This document shows positions 1 through 10,890 of a DNA stretch of 64,000 nucleotides, one piece after another (the first letter of the stretch is position 1; each line of letters opens with the position of its first letter). The translations under genes were made by a program, and so were the position numbers. Below the pieces are notes generated by a model. The model worked only from the letters and a program-made list of their open reading frames with translations. It searched no databases and had not been told where the DNA came from. This DNA comes from Cyanophora paradoxa CCMP329 (taxonomy: Eukaryota > Plantae > Glaucophyta): contig QPMI01000687.1 in NCBI GenBank assembly GCA_004431415.1, positions 1 to 64,000 on the forward strand, given 5' to 3'.

Positions 1-3000
1 GGTGGAAGTGGAATGAGAGCTCAGGCGAGCTCGAGAGGGTCTGGTACTGGGAGCAAGCAGTGCACGTGTGCCGGTACGAGAAGAAAATCCCGGATCCCGA
101 ATTTCCGGGCTGCTACAAGACGGTCTTTGTCACGGACGTCATTCCGCGATTCTGGGCATTTGTCCTGGCCATAAAGGTCAGTTTTCGGCACGGTCATGCG
201 CAGATTTCTGCATCCCGGTAACGAACAACGGCGAACGCAGGCCACAGTACACTCGTTTCCTCATCTTGGAGGCTTGCGAATCAAAGTGCGCAGGCGAAGT
301 TGCTGATCGTCCTTCGCGAGAAATTTGCCTACTTCGGCGCATGCACAATCCTGTCCTGCGACAACGGATCGGAGTTCAAGAATGATGTGAAATCCCCCGT
401 TATCTCTTGTAAACTTCAATATTAATTATGTTAACGGAGTATGGCAGATCATGAAGTCCTTATGGCGGCCTACCCGAACTCGTCCATCGCCTACGGGAAA
501 CCGTACACTCCAGAGCACCAGGGCTCTGTGGAGCGCGCGAACAGGGACTCGAAGCCGACGCTCGAGGCTATTTGCTACGAACGCCGGAACCAGAATGCGG
601 AGGACTGGGCGAACTGGGCCCTAGCCATTCCCGATGTATTTAAAATCCTTTCCATACCCCATTTGAAAATTCCAAGTGCACTGATCGATGCTGGATTCTC
701 AGGCAATGGAGTCCCACAACAGCATGAAGTTCGCGAACGGGCACAAGATGACACCCATCGAGGCCATGACCGGGCGCAGACCTTCACGAAGGCCTTTGGG
801 AATTGAGCCACCGTCGGATCCGACAAGGCCGTACACCGAGAAGGACATTGAGGACCTCCTCGGAGTGCGCAACGGAATGTCTGCGCATCCCAACGCATGC
901 GTTGGTAATTGTGTTGTCAGGTTGCAAACATGGAGGAAGTGAACAGAGTGTGCGATGACATGGCGAAGTACGAAGAAGATATCGCCAACGCTCTTCTGCA
1001 GAGGGCGGAGAGCCCGCTCTTGAAGGATATCCCGGTGTTCTACGTAGTAAGTGCCGTCAATTCATTGCAAATTTTGTCGCACTCTCATCCAACGCATTCT
1101 CAACGCATGCGTTGGACAGATCGATCAGTTTGTGCGTGCATTCGGGAATGTCCAGGCATGCGCACGGCTTGCCGTGTACAGAGACCAGATGAAGGCGTGC
1201 GCGGAGAAGCAGGGAGCAGGTCCTGTTATCTACAGTATCGGGGATCGTGTGGCCGTCCTTGTCAAACAGCTCGGCATGCACGTCCTCCTACAAGCAAGGG
1301 TACCTGGGATCGTCACAGAAGTGGTGGACGTCCCGCATGGCCTCTACACGATCAGGACGATGGCGGGTTTCATTGACACTCCCATTCAGGGAGCACAATT
1401 GATCAACATGAACCTCGGGCGGGCGGTACGTGCAGGGGTAGTCCCATTTGCACGAATGTTGCACACTCATCAAAAAACTGGTGCAGGTATGCAGACAATC
1501 TGGAAGACAATTGAGGAGAACCGTGCGAACAACATAATGAACGGCACCGTTCCTCTCATGACAGCATTCAAGAGCTTCTGTGGCCAGGCCCCCGGTCTCG
1601 ACGTGGACCCGTGCAAGTGCAGGGATGGCTGCCTTCCAGAGAAATGCGGCTGTTTCACAAGCGGCCTGGTGTGCTGCTCGAGCTGCCAGTGCAGCAAGTA
1701 CGGGTGCAAGAACAAGCGTGAGCGCATCTACCCGGAGACGGCCAGTGTCGGGGAGAAAATCATTCCGCGCCAGCGTGGCGCAACGGCAGAATCGATCGTC
1801 GCCGACAATGCAACAGCAGATGGCCCTGTCGACGACAAGTACGGCCCCATCCCGTCTGTTGATGGGATACGACGGGTGCGTTTTTGTAGCAACGCAAAGC
1901 ACACGTTTGCGTTCTTCAATTCAACGCTTGCGGTGCAGTTGCGTTGGACTTCCTCTTCTAATTTCCTTTTTCTCGCAGCTTCTGGCCCTGGCATGCACCA
2001 CCACAACAAAGCCCCTGCAGGCATTCCTCCGTGCTGCAAACCTGCCGCACACAGGTAACAAGGAGGCTCTCAAGCTGCGAATTCTAGCTTATCTCAAGAA
2101 AGAGGAGGAGGATGCCGCTCAGCGTGCAGCCCAAGCAGCCGCAGCACGTGCAGCCCAAGCAGCCACAGCCCACGCTCCGGCCCCACCCGCCCCGTCTACT
2201 GCTGCGGCCCCGCCTGCCCCATCTCCTGCTGCGGCCCGCCCGGCCCGTCCCGCGCTCCTGCCCGCCCGCCCCGTCTCTGCTGCGGCCCCGCCCCGCCCCG
2301 TCTCCTGCTGCGACCCCGCCCGGCCCGTCCCGCGCTCCGGCCCCGCCCGCCCCGTCTCCTGCTGCGGCCCGCCCGCCCCGTCTCCTGCTGCGGCCCCGCC
2401 CGGCCTGTCCCGCGCTCCGGCCCCGCCCGCCCCGTCTCCTGCTGCGGCCCCGCCCGCCCCGTCTCCTGCTGCGGCCCCGCCCGGCCGGCCCGTGCTGCGG
2501 CTCCGCCCGGCCCACGCCCGCCACCTCTGCCGCACTATGCACCTGGGTTGGTGCTGCCCCCTGTTGGGTCAGCCCCAATTGCGAGGGGTCTTGGCCCAGT
2601 CCCAGGGCGGTTCCCGTTATTGGTCCCCCACTCCCTCTGGGGCCGTCTTTCTCTTCTTCTACCCTGCCATCCTCTGGATCCAGCTCTCCCATTCGTGGGC
2701 CAGTTCGAGTTGGGCCCGCACCTCGGGACACACACGGGGTGCCTGTCCTCCCCAACTCCGGGCCAAGTTACACGCAGGCAGAGCTTGAAGCCGCCTTGGC
2801 AGCACCATGTTACCCACTAGCCCTCAGTCTAGGCTAGCTATGTCCTCGAGCCCTGTGCGCCCAGTTATGCCCCGGCACCCAGCATGGAGCAGCAGATGCA
2901 GCAGATGCAGCAGATGATGCAGCACTTTCAGATGATGATGCAGACATTCCAGCAGAATATGGCCAACACTAGGCATGGTGTATGAAGTGTTTGTCAGAAA

Positions 3001-3160
3001 TTTGCTTGAAAGGGAACTGACAGAGATGCGAAAATTGAAAGGGAACTGAGAGAGGGAACCGGGTGTGCAACGGAAACGCAACGCATGCGTTGGGAATGCG
3101 TTGTGTCCTGCCAGGCTGCATGCAGCGCGCGCTCGGCTGGGGCGTGTCTTATACATATAT
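1..3160 (+). mobile_element. Degenerate intron-containing Ginger-like (retroviral-integrase type, rve/DDE) transposase with C-terminal CXC/CRC-like Cys cluster, SAP domain, Pro/Ala repeats and Q/M-rich tail; 5' end outside window
   Basis: Integrase core motifs: ILSCDNGSEFKNDV (~348-389) and GKPYTPEHQGSVERAN (496-543). Cys cluster CKCRDGCLPEKCGCFTSGLVCCSSCQCSKYGCKN (~1612-1713). SAP-like LQAFLRAANLPHTGNKEALKLRILAYL (~2016-2096). No RT or RNase H nearby. Pieces lie in different frames, separated by introns or frameshifts. Confidence 0.75.
2170..2530 (+). repeat. Imperfect GC-rich coding minisatellite (ccgcccgccccgtctcctgctgcggccc; PPAPSPAAAP units)
   Basis: The core 'tctcctgctgcggccc' recurs roughly 8 times in tandem. 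Confidence 0.85.
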
Positions 3161-3330
3161 ACTCTTCTTCTTCTTTAGGAATCATGTACTATAATTTATA
3201 CTTTATTGCTACTACTACTATACTTTATTGATACTACATTCATTGTCATAGTACAATTTTAGATCTTGAACACGACTATAGCTAGTCTACTTGTGTGCGT
3301 GCGTTTCAAGAACCCTGGCTGTAGTTCGCT

Positions 3331-3510
3331 TTAAGAACCAGACTAATGTGCTTCATGACTCATAATCGTAGTTCGACATTAGAACCGGACTACTAAGCTT
3401 CATGACTCATGATCGTAGTTCGACTTTAGAACCGGACTACTAAGCTTCATGACTCATGATCGTAGTTCAACTTTAGAACCCGACTAGTTAGCCTCATGAC
3501 TCATGATCGT
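3331..3510. repeat. 47-bp tandem repeat array, ~4 copies
   Basis: Unit ttagaaccggactactaagcttcatgactcatgatcgtagttcgact. The 'agaacc' anchor is at 3334, 3381, 3428 and 3475. Each unit holds the near-palindrome tcatgactcatga. Confidence 0.9.
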
Positions 3511-3853
3511 TGGACGCATGATTGTAGTACAAATCTGAGAACTCTAGAATACTACAAATTGCTTCAGAGCTTCTCGAGTACTTGTCTAGTACTTGTGACT
3601 ACAGATCTAGTCACTGAGTTACCTACTAAACTCATCCTTCGAGTTCGAGCGGCCAAATCCTTTGAATTTCCATCCCACTCGACTAAGCAGTATCCACTTC
3701 ACTGTGAGCACGTCCAGCCTGCCCACACTTCAACTTTCATCCCCATCAGTACCACAAGTACGACTTGTAAAGTAAGACTTGTAAATTGTGCAGAGAACAC
3801 AAGCTGAAGCAGTTGCACAATGGCTACTTTCTGCACATTAATCTACTTCTACT

Positions 3854-6800
3854 TCAACAGAATCTACTTCTTGAGCATGAAGATGTCCCACTTGTGCCAC
3901 CAGTTGTCCTTGCCTCCACTGTTCCCTCGTTGAAGTCCGATATTTCGCCACGCAGCGGCCGCGGGTGTGGCCGGTACGAGATAGAACGGCGGAAGGTCCT
4001 GCGATCCTCCACCTTTCCTACAGTGACCGCGGGGCCATTCCGAAGTGCAAAAGTCATCTCGCCCTCGGCGTCCGTCTCCTCGTGCTGCATCCAACACGTG
4101 AGCAGCGGAAACGCAACGCATGCATTGGAATTGCGTAGTTACCTGCAGGGCTAGGAAGAGTTCGTACTCGGCATCCCAATCGAGCTCTACCTGAGCGTAC
4201 TGCACGTAGTAAACCGTGGATGTGTCGAAGTGCAGGACGCGCCCGGGTGCCTGTCCGTATGCTGTCTTGGACTGGTCGAATGGCACGAGGATGGTGTGTT
4301 CTCTCTCCGTACTCCTCCTGCCGCGAACCACGAGACGCGTTCGTGGCTCGAGATCGAAATGCGGCGGCCATCGCAGCTTGAGAACTGTTTTCACGATCTG
4401 TTTCCGTCCGTTCCAGATGTGCGTTGCCACCTCATCTGCGAGGGCCTTCTTGGAAATGCGGCCCCACCCAGGTGCCACAAAATCGGTGAGGCCTCAACGC
4501 GTGGTTCACATCTCTGCCAAGACGTGTAAGTAATAACGCAATGCCCACAAAATATGCCGTTGCACGCACACAACACCGCCGCCGTCTTCCGGAGACGGCT
4601 GGACATACAGCTTTTTGTCCGTTCTGCATTTGAAACACGGCAACGCAATATCAACGTTAGCGCTGGAAAAGCGTTGTGTAAGCGTTGAAAAGTTATGCTC
4701 GCCTCAGAATGGGTCTCGAGAGTTGCGGGCGGGCATCCTCTGCGGCTCCTTCTGCGACGTTCAACCTGCAGACATTATCTGAATATTTTGTGACGTGAAT
4801 GGGGCATTGCATACCGCGTGGGAGTGCTGCAGGTTCGGACAGCGTCTAGAAATGTGTCATCGACGGCGACGGGGACGACTTCACGCTTGCCCCGTTTCCT
4901 GCCACCGTCATCCTGTTTGACTGGCTGAAATATGTATGGCGTCATATATTGGACAACCTCGTCCCCCTGTTTAATGGCGGCCCCGATGATGATGGGGTCA
5001 TCCCGCGGCCACTCAATGACCACAACGAGGGGGCCTCCCCCCGACGATGTCTCCGCTGCGAGACGGGGTTCGAGCTGGGCGTACTTGTGCGTGTTGCACA
5101 GCCTCCAGGGGTGCGACGTCACCCCTGGTTGGTGATCCCATACCGCAACAACTTGCTCCGAGCCCGGAGGGAGGTCGTCGTTGGGCTTTGTGAAGCACAG
5201 ATACGACGACTTCGCATCGTATGCACTTATGTGCTCTTGTTCGCGGATGAAGTGCTGAGCACGACTGAGACTGAGAGGTTTCTCCGTTCTGATTTACAAC
5301 AACGCTACATCAACGTATGTACAACGCAAGCGTTGAGTATGCGTTGCAATGCTATGCTCGCCTGAGAAAGGGTTTGGATGAAAGCTCCAGGATCGAGCCG
5401 CCGTCTGTAGAGTTCGAGCTGCACATGTATAATTACAGTCTGATTTATTACAGTACCGATTGTATAATAATTTGCGAGGACTGCCCGTGCGCACCCGGTT
5501 TCCTGGTTTACGTAGGCCAACCGGCCCCGGGCGGGAGGGAGTATCTTGGGGGCGAGTGGACTCTCTCCGCCTGACTTGGCTTTTGCGCGCTCTGCCTTGC
5601 TGCGAAGCTGCCGAAAGCTGCTCTGCTTTCCAGGATTGAGAAGCTTGGGAAGGGGCGGCAGCTGTCGGGATTTGGGATTATTGGCTCCGCCGCCAGCTCA
5701 TATGCAGCCTTCCTCTTCTTTCGGCTCTTCTCTGCAGGCGCCTCTGCCAGCTTCTCCGCTGCCACCGCCTTGTCCTTCTCCTTCAACTTCTTCTCGGCCG
5801 CCTTCTGCGCTGCGTGATTAGAACTCTTTCCTATGCCAGGCGCTCGCACAGAGTGACGCGAAAAACTGCACCCTCTCCTGTGCTGCCGCGGCAGCCTCTG
5901 CCTGCGCCTTCGTTTTCGCGGCCTCCTTCTCGGCTGCAGCCTTCTTTGCTGCCGCCGCCTTCTCCTTCTCCTTCGCTTTCTTCTCGGCCTCCTTCTGCGC
6001 TGCGTTATTAAAACTGTTCCCCAGGCCCGGAACGCTCGCAGAGAGTGCCGCGCAACACTGCACCTTTTCCTGTGCTGCTGCCTGCTCCGCCGTTTTTGCG
6101 GCCTGCTTTTCTGCTGCGGCCTTCTTCGCTGCCGCCGCCTTGCCCTTCTCCTTCGATTTCGCCTCGGCCTCCTTCTGTGCTGCGGTATTAAAACTCTGCA
6201 CTATGCCCGGGACTGGCACAGATTGCGTTTTTAAGACTGCACCTTCTCTGTCATTGCTGCGGCCTTGGGCTTCTTCGCCTCCTTCTCCATCTCCTTCTCC
6301 TGCTTCTTGCGCTTCCCTGCTTTCTGCTTTTCCTGCTTCGCCTCCTGACCCTTCGTCTCTGCCTTGCGGTTGCGCTTCCTCGAGCTTGCCGCCTCTGCGT
6401 CCTCGTCCTCGTCCTCGCCCTCGTCCTCGCCCTCGTCCTCGTCCTCATTCCCGCTCTCGTTGTCGTCCTCGAGCTTGTCCTCTACGTCATCCTCCTCGTC
6501 GGACTCTGCGGGCACGGAATCAACGAAAATTGCGCTGTATCTTTGCAACGCAATCAACCAACGCAATACCAACGCTTGCGTTTTCGATGCGTTGTGCATG
6601 CGTTGTACACATTGCGCACCTTCGTCTGTCGGGGGGGCGCGGACGCGTGCCTTGCCCTTCTGCTCTGCCACTTTCCTTGCCGGCTCTGCAAGTGCAAAAG
6701 TGCGCGTGAGCCTTGTGCCAACACGGAGGGAAGTTGATTACGTCAACACTATTCATCGTATGTCAATCAACGTATGCGTTGAGAGGTGTTGAAATATGCG

Positions 6801-7230
6801 TTGGGATTGCGTTGGAACAGCGTCGCGTACCTTCGCACGAGTCGTGATGTTCGATTTCCTGCTTCTTCTTGCAATTGGCCTTCCTCTTCGCCCGGTCGCC
6901 TTGTACCTGCGTGGTAAATTGTTTCCACCGGTCAGTTTCGTATGTGTTGCTCGAAATAATGGAACTCTTGCTCACTCTCCGCTGTCCACCTTGTCCTTGC
7001 CATCCATCCAGCCGGCTACGTTCTCCTCCATCGCCGTCAGCTTGTGAGTCCCTAGGATGAAGTCGGCGACATCCAGAATGCCGGGTCGCGAGATGCCCTC
7101 AAGCTTGTAGTGGTCGTCCGGCACCTCCTGCTCCGCTTTCCTCATCCTTAGAATGCACAGTCTGTTCGGAGTGTACGCATCAGGGGCGTGGCATCGTTGC
7201 CCATCTTCAACGCACGCACATGTTCTCAAT
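3854..7230 (-). pseudogene. Multi-exon unknown passenger gene(s) of the mobile region, with an acidic tract, Lys/Ala/Glu repeats and a Cys cluster; appears disrupted
   Basis: Minus-strand exons: EDEGEDEGEDE tract (6231-6520), AQKEAEKKAKEKEKAAAAKK repeats (5700-6180), CACNGIFCGHC (~4535-4570) and globular-looking segments (4140-4480, 4780-5290). In-frame stops and frameshifts separate them. Confidence 0.5.
5700..6245 (-). repeat. Tandem triplication of an exon+intron unit (~185 bp)
   Basis: Three homologous introns (5810-5871, 6000-6063, 6180-6242; gtgcag...taat..cgcag), each followed by a homologous KEAE(K/A)K..KEK..AAAAKK exon. Confidence 0.75.
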
Positions 7231-7402
7231 GTTATGAAAATAGATCTCTTTCTTGCATCTCGTGAGGGATTGAAGGTGGCTGAGGTCCTTCTTGTCGAAT
7301 GGGGTGAGCAGCGGCCGCAGTCTGCTCAGCGTGTCGTGCGTTTTGCGGGTGCCGCCCCCGCACTTCTGCATCCGCGAGAGAGCGTGAGCTCGAGATATAA
7401 AC

Positions 7403-8112
7403 TTAAATTCTAGCTCGATAACTGAAATGAAGGGACGGCACCTTCAGAAACAGCCAGGCTCGCGGGCATGTCTCCGGAGTGTACTCCCCCCCGATCCCTC
7501 GATCGGCTCGTCCACAGTAGCCGCACGACGTCCCGTGCCGTGTTGCAGTCCCAGTGCCGCGCTTGCCATCCGTGTCCTCCTTCAGGTAGTTCGCGCCTGT
7601 CGCCGCCCTCTTCTTTGCTCGAGGTTCACCTGCAGAGGCGAGCGCAGCTCCGACGGATGTCTGGACCTGCAAGCGCAACACCTCCACGAGCGAACTCAGC
7701 TGCGCCGAGTCCGACGAAGTCGCCGCCTGAACCGGCTGCTGCGCCTTGCCGCGCTTCATGAGCTTCACAAGTTCGGGGTCGGCGTTGCTGTCGCCGTCCT
7801 CGTGCGCTGGCTGCATGTCCGCCGCACGACGTAGAAGAAACATCCGGGACTGAGCTTCGGCAGCTTCCGAGACGCAGTCCTCAGATCGAGGGTGTCCGCC
7901 TCCGGATCGTAGAAGTACAGGTCCAGGCCCGCAGGTCCGACGGATTGCGTGAAGCGGAGCTGCCGCTCCGCATCCTTCATGAGCTCCGCAGGCCATCCCG
8001 TGCCTCCCTCGACCTCGATGGTCACCGTCGCTGCGTCACGGGCAAGGTGCACGCGCGGTCGGGCATCATGATCAGCGCGGCGCCCGGTGCGCGCCTTCGC
8101 ATCACAGCTCAA
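7403..8112 (-). pseudogene. Gag-like retroelement ORF remnant with a degenerate zinc knuckle
   Basis: C-terminal CGYCGRADRGIGGEYTPETCP is Cx2C...x4C with the expected His replaced by Tyr. Frameshift between ORFs 7765-8112 and 7403-7996. Lies downstream of an LTR-like repeat. Confidence 0.4.
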
Positions 8113-8402
8113 GAGTATCGAACCTTTGGTCGTAGTAAGGCCCTTGCTTGGCCACTTTGCCCTTCTTGGGCGCCATGTGCGGACCGCCCCGCCCGCTGCC
8201 GCAGTGCTGTCTGCCGGCTGCTGCTGTGCGCACTACCTACTAGCCTAGTAGTATAGTACTATTGCATCATACGCTGCGAGTCGTAGTAACCCCCCCAACG
8301 CAAGCTCCGGCTGCGCTGGCCGGCGCATTTTTTTCTGCGATGGCTCAAAAGCGTGCGCCATAAAAATAAGATGGCGCGCCATTTTATTTGGCGCACTACA
8401 GA

Positions 8403-8589
8403 TTCCACTGAGTCGAGCCGCTCGTACCATGTACCCCAGTCAGTAGTCTTGCTGTACCCTCCGGGACCGCACCACGGCTCCCAATACAGCCCCACCACCC
8501 CTCGGGGCAATCTCGCGTGTAGCGCACGGGCTGGGAGCACAGCTGGGCAGCCACAGCACAGCAGAGCGGGCCCAACAACACCAATAATA
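8403..8589. repeat. 187-bp direct repeat, copy 1 (LTR-like)
   Basis: Identical by inspection to 10271-10457. Confidence 0.92.
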
Positions 8590-10270
8590 CCCTCGCCGGG
8601 ACAGCCCCTGGCCCCGTCGACGGACGCTGCGGACGTCGATGCGCCGGTGGAGAGTCCGTGGATTCTGCATGGTGGAGAGTGCGCGCGATCGCTGGACTAC
8701 GAAAAGGAGGGACGATCGGCACGGAGGCCGAATCTTCAAAAGCGGAGGGAGGAGAAGAAGATGGCGATCCAACCGCGACCGCAGCGATGTGCTCGTCAGC
8801 AGCAGCACCGGGTGATGCCCCGCGACCGGCCCTCGCTCGCGCGCTGGACCGCGTCGGACCGTCGGGTGATTCCCGTGCCGCCTGCAGCAGCCTTGGCAGC
8901 TGGGTGATTCCAGCGTAATCCGTGCGGCCTGATCGAGAGCTGGTGCTCTTTCCACGTCGATCAGCGCAATCGCGCATCGGAGGCCGGGTGATTCCGGCAT
9001 GAGCCTCGGCTTGCGTACCTCAGCGACCCAGCACGCCGCGCTCCGCGCGCATGAGCAAGGGCGCCAAAGGCGAGCGCTGTCTGCGAGTGCTGCGCGTCCC
9101 GGGAGTCCGCCCAACCAGACCGGCGCGCACTTGGCCGCGATCGCCCGGACCTGCGCATACGGACTGGAGGCGGCGATCAAGCTACATCTCCACGCTGAAG
9201 ATACGCTCTCTCTCGTTCTTTCCGTCGCATTAGCAGCTCGCCCCCCCGAGAGTCGCTCTTAGAAGGGAACCATCTATGCGTGTCCCGCGACTCGGCTACC
9301 CATGCCAGTCGCCTTGAGAGTCTATGAGCCTTGAGAGTCTATCTTGCTTCCGACTGAGAGTCTGTCGCAACCGACTGGGAGTCCGGCCCCCGCGCCGTTC
9401 AGTCGTGACCCTTATCGCTGTCCGATGGCCCACGGATGATGTATCCGATGCGGCGTTGCCCCTTCCAATCCCGGATGATGTATCCGATGAGTCGCATAGC
9501 CTGCCATGGCCCGTTGGAGCCCCGAAGAGAGTTGCCTCGCCGGTCCCGAGCTGCTAGCCTCCCGCCTGAGTGATGGCCCTGCGGAAGGATGGCTCTGACC
9601 GATCCCTCTTGCTGTCTTGCTCAGATGCGGTCACTCGCAATCGAGGCTTCAAGATGACCAGACTTACCTTGCGTGCCGCGCGTCACACCCGTCTTTACGA
9701 TGGCCGTGATTGCCCGAGCCGCCCCTCCCCGTCGCTGACGTGCTGTACCCCGACGTCGATGTCCCCGGGCCCTGCCCCTTGCATCCTTTGCCGTTCTCCA
9801 TTCCTCTTTTGAGTCTTCCCATTTCCTTTCCCGTCGGGTGGTGGTTTTCTGCCTGGTCTCTTGCTGTGGGATGCAAGTGCCGGTGCCTCTCTGTATGGCC
9901 CCAGGGTCCCATCAGTGGCTTGGCCTCTTCAGACCTCACGCCTCGCTGCTGCCCTGGATAGCGGGTTCTTTCTCATCCCTGTCCTTTCTCGTGCAGTTTC
10001 GTAGTGGCTTCATCCTTACCAGTGAGGGAGATCCCCCCCGGGTAGCTTTCACCTTACCAGTGAGGGAGATCCCTGTACCCCTCGTTCCCTTGGCGTACCC
10101 CTCGATCTTTCGGACGGCCCTTGAGAGTTGTACCCCTTCTGGCCCTTGGTTCATTGCCAGGCCTAGGCGTTTTCCGTCCCGGCCCCGACCACGTGGGCGT
10201 AGTCGTTGCCGTTCCGATGTGGACCACGTGGACGTGGTCTTACCAGTGAGGGAGATGTTGCCAGCCTGGT

Positions 10271-10457
10271 TTCCACTGAGTCGAGCCGCTCGTACCATGT
10301 ACCCCAGTCAGTAGTCTTGCTGTACCCTCCGGGACCGCACCACGGCTCCCAATACAGCCCCACCACCCCTCGGGGCAATCTCGCGTGTAGCGCACGGGCT
10401 GGGAGCACAGCTGGGCAGCCACAGCACAGCAGAGCGGGCCCAACAACACCAATAATA
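10271..10457. repeat. 187-bp direct repeat, copy 2 (LTR-like)
   Basis: Identical by inspection to 8403-8589. Confidence 0.92.
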
Positions 10458-10890
10458 ATATCGATGCATATGCCGTATACGTAGCCAAAGCTTAAAAAAT
10501 TAAGCGATGACCGGCGCCCGGCCAGGTTCAGCGCTGGCGCCAGCTGCAGCGCTAGCGCCGGCCGTGACGTCGACCGCGGCGCCGACGCCTGCGCCGCGGC
10601 GCCCGGCCCCATGCACATTATCATCTTCCTCGCTGAGTCGAGCTCCCACTCCGCCTAGAGGCTATAGCTCGCTACAGGCGCCCCGCGCCCGGCCCCAGCT
10701 CAGGGCATGCGCAAGATCTAGATCTAGAGCCCCTAGGCCTAGGCCTGTCGAGTACTGATCCTCCCGCCGGCCCCCCTCCAGCTCCGCCGGCCCCTGGCGG
10801 CCTCGCTGTGCCGCCGGAGTGCTGCTAGCGATGACGTGCACATGGAAGCGTTCGAGGCAAGTGCCTTGGGTGGAGAGGACGGGGCGGGGC

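Larger units (their letters stand above)
8403..10457 (-). mobile_element. Non-autonomous retroelement-like unit bounded by identical 187-bp direct repeats
   Basis: 8403-8589 matches 10271-10457. Each copy contains a 151-bp TG...CA core (8430-8580, 10298-10448). The 1.7-kb interior has short internal repeats (cttaccagtgagggagat x3; cggatgatgtatccgatg x2) and no recognisable pol. Confidence 0.6.

Noticed and set aside
3331-3510. CRISPR array
   Set aside because: Units are contiguous near-identical 47-mers with no unique spacers, there are no cas genes, and the context is eukaryotic.
7860-9620. Hammerhead ribozyme in the repeat-bounded element
   Set aside because: CTGANGA-like strings (7878 minus; ccgatga at ~9484) lack a correctly placed stem II and GAAA.
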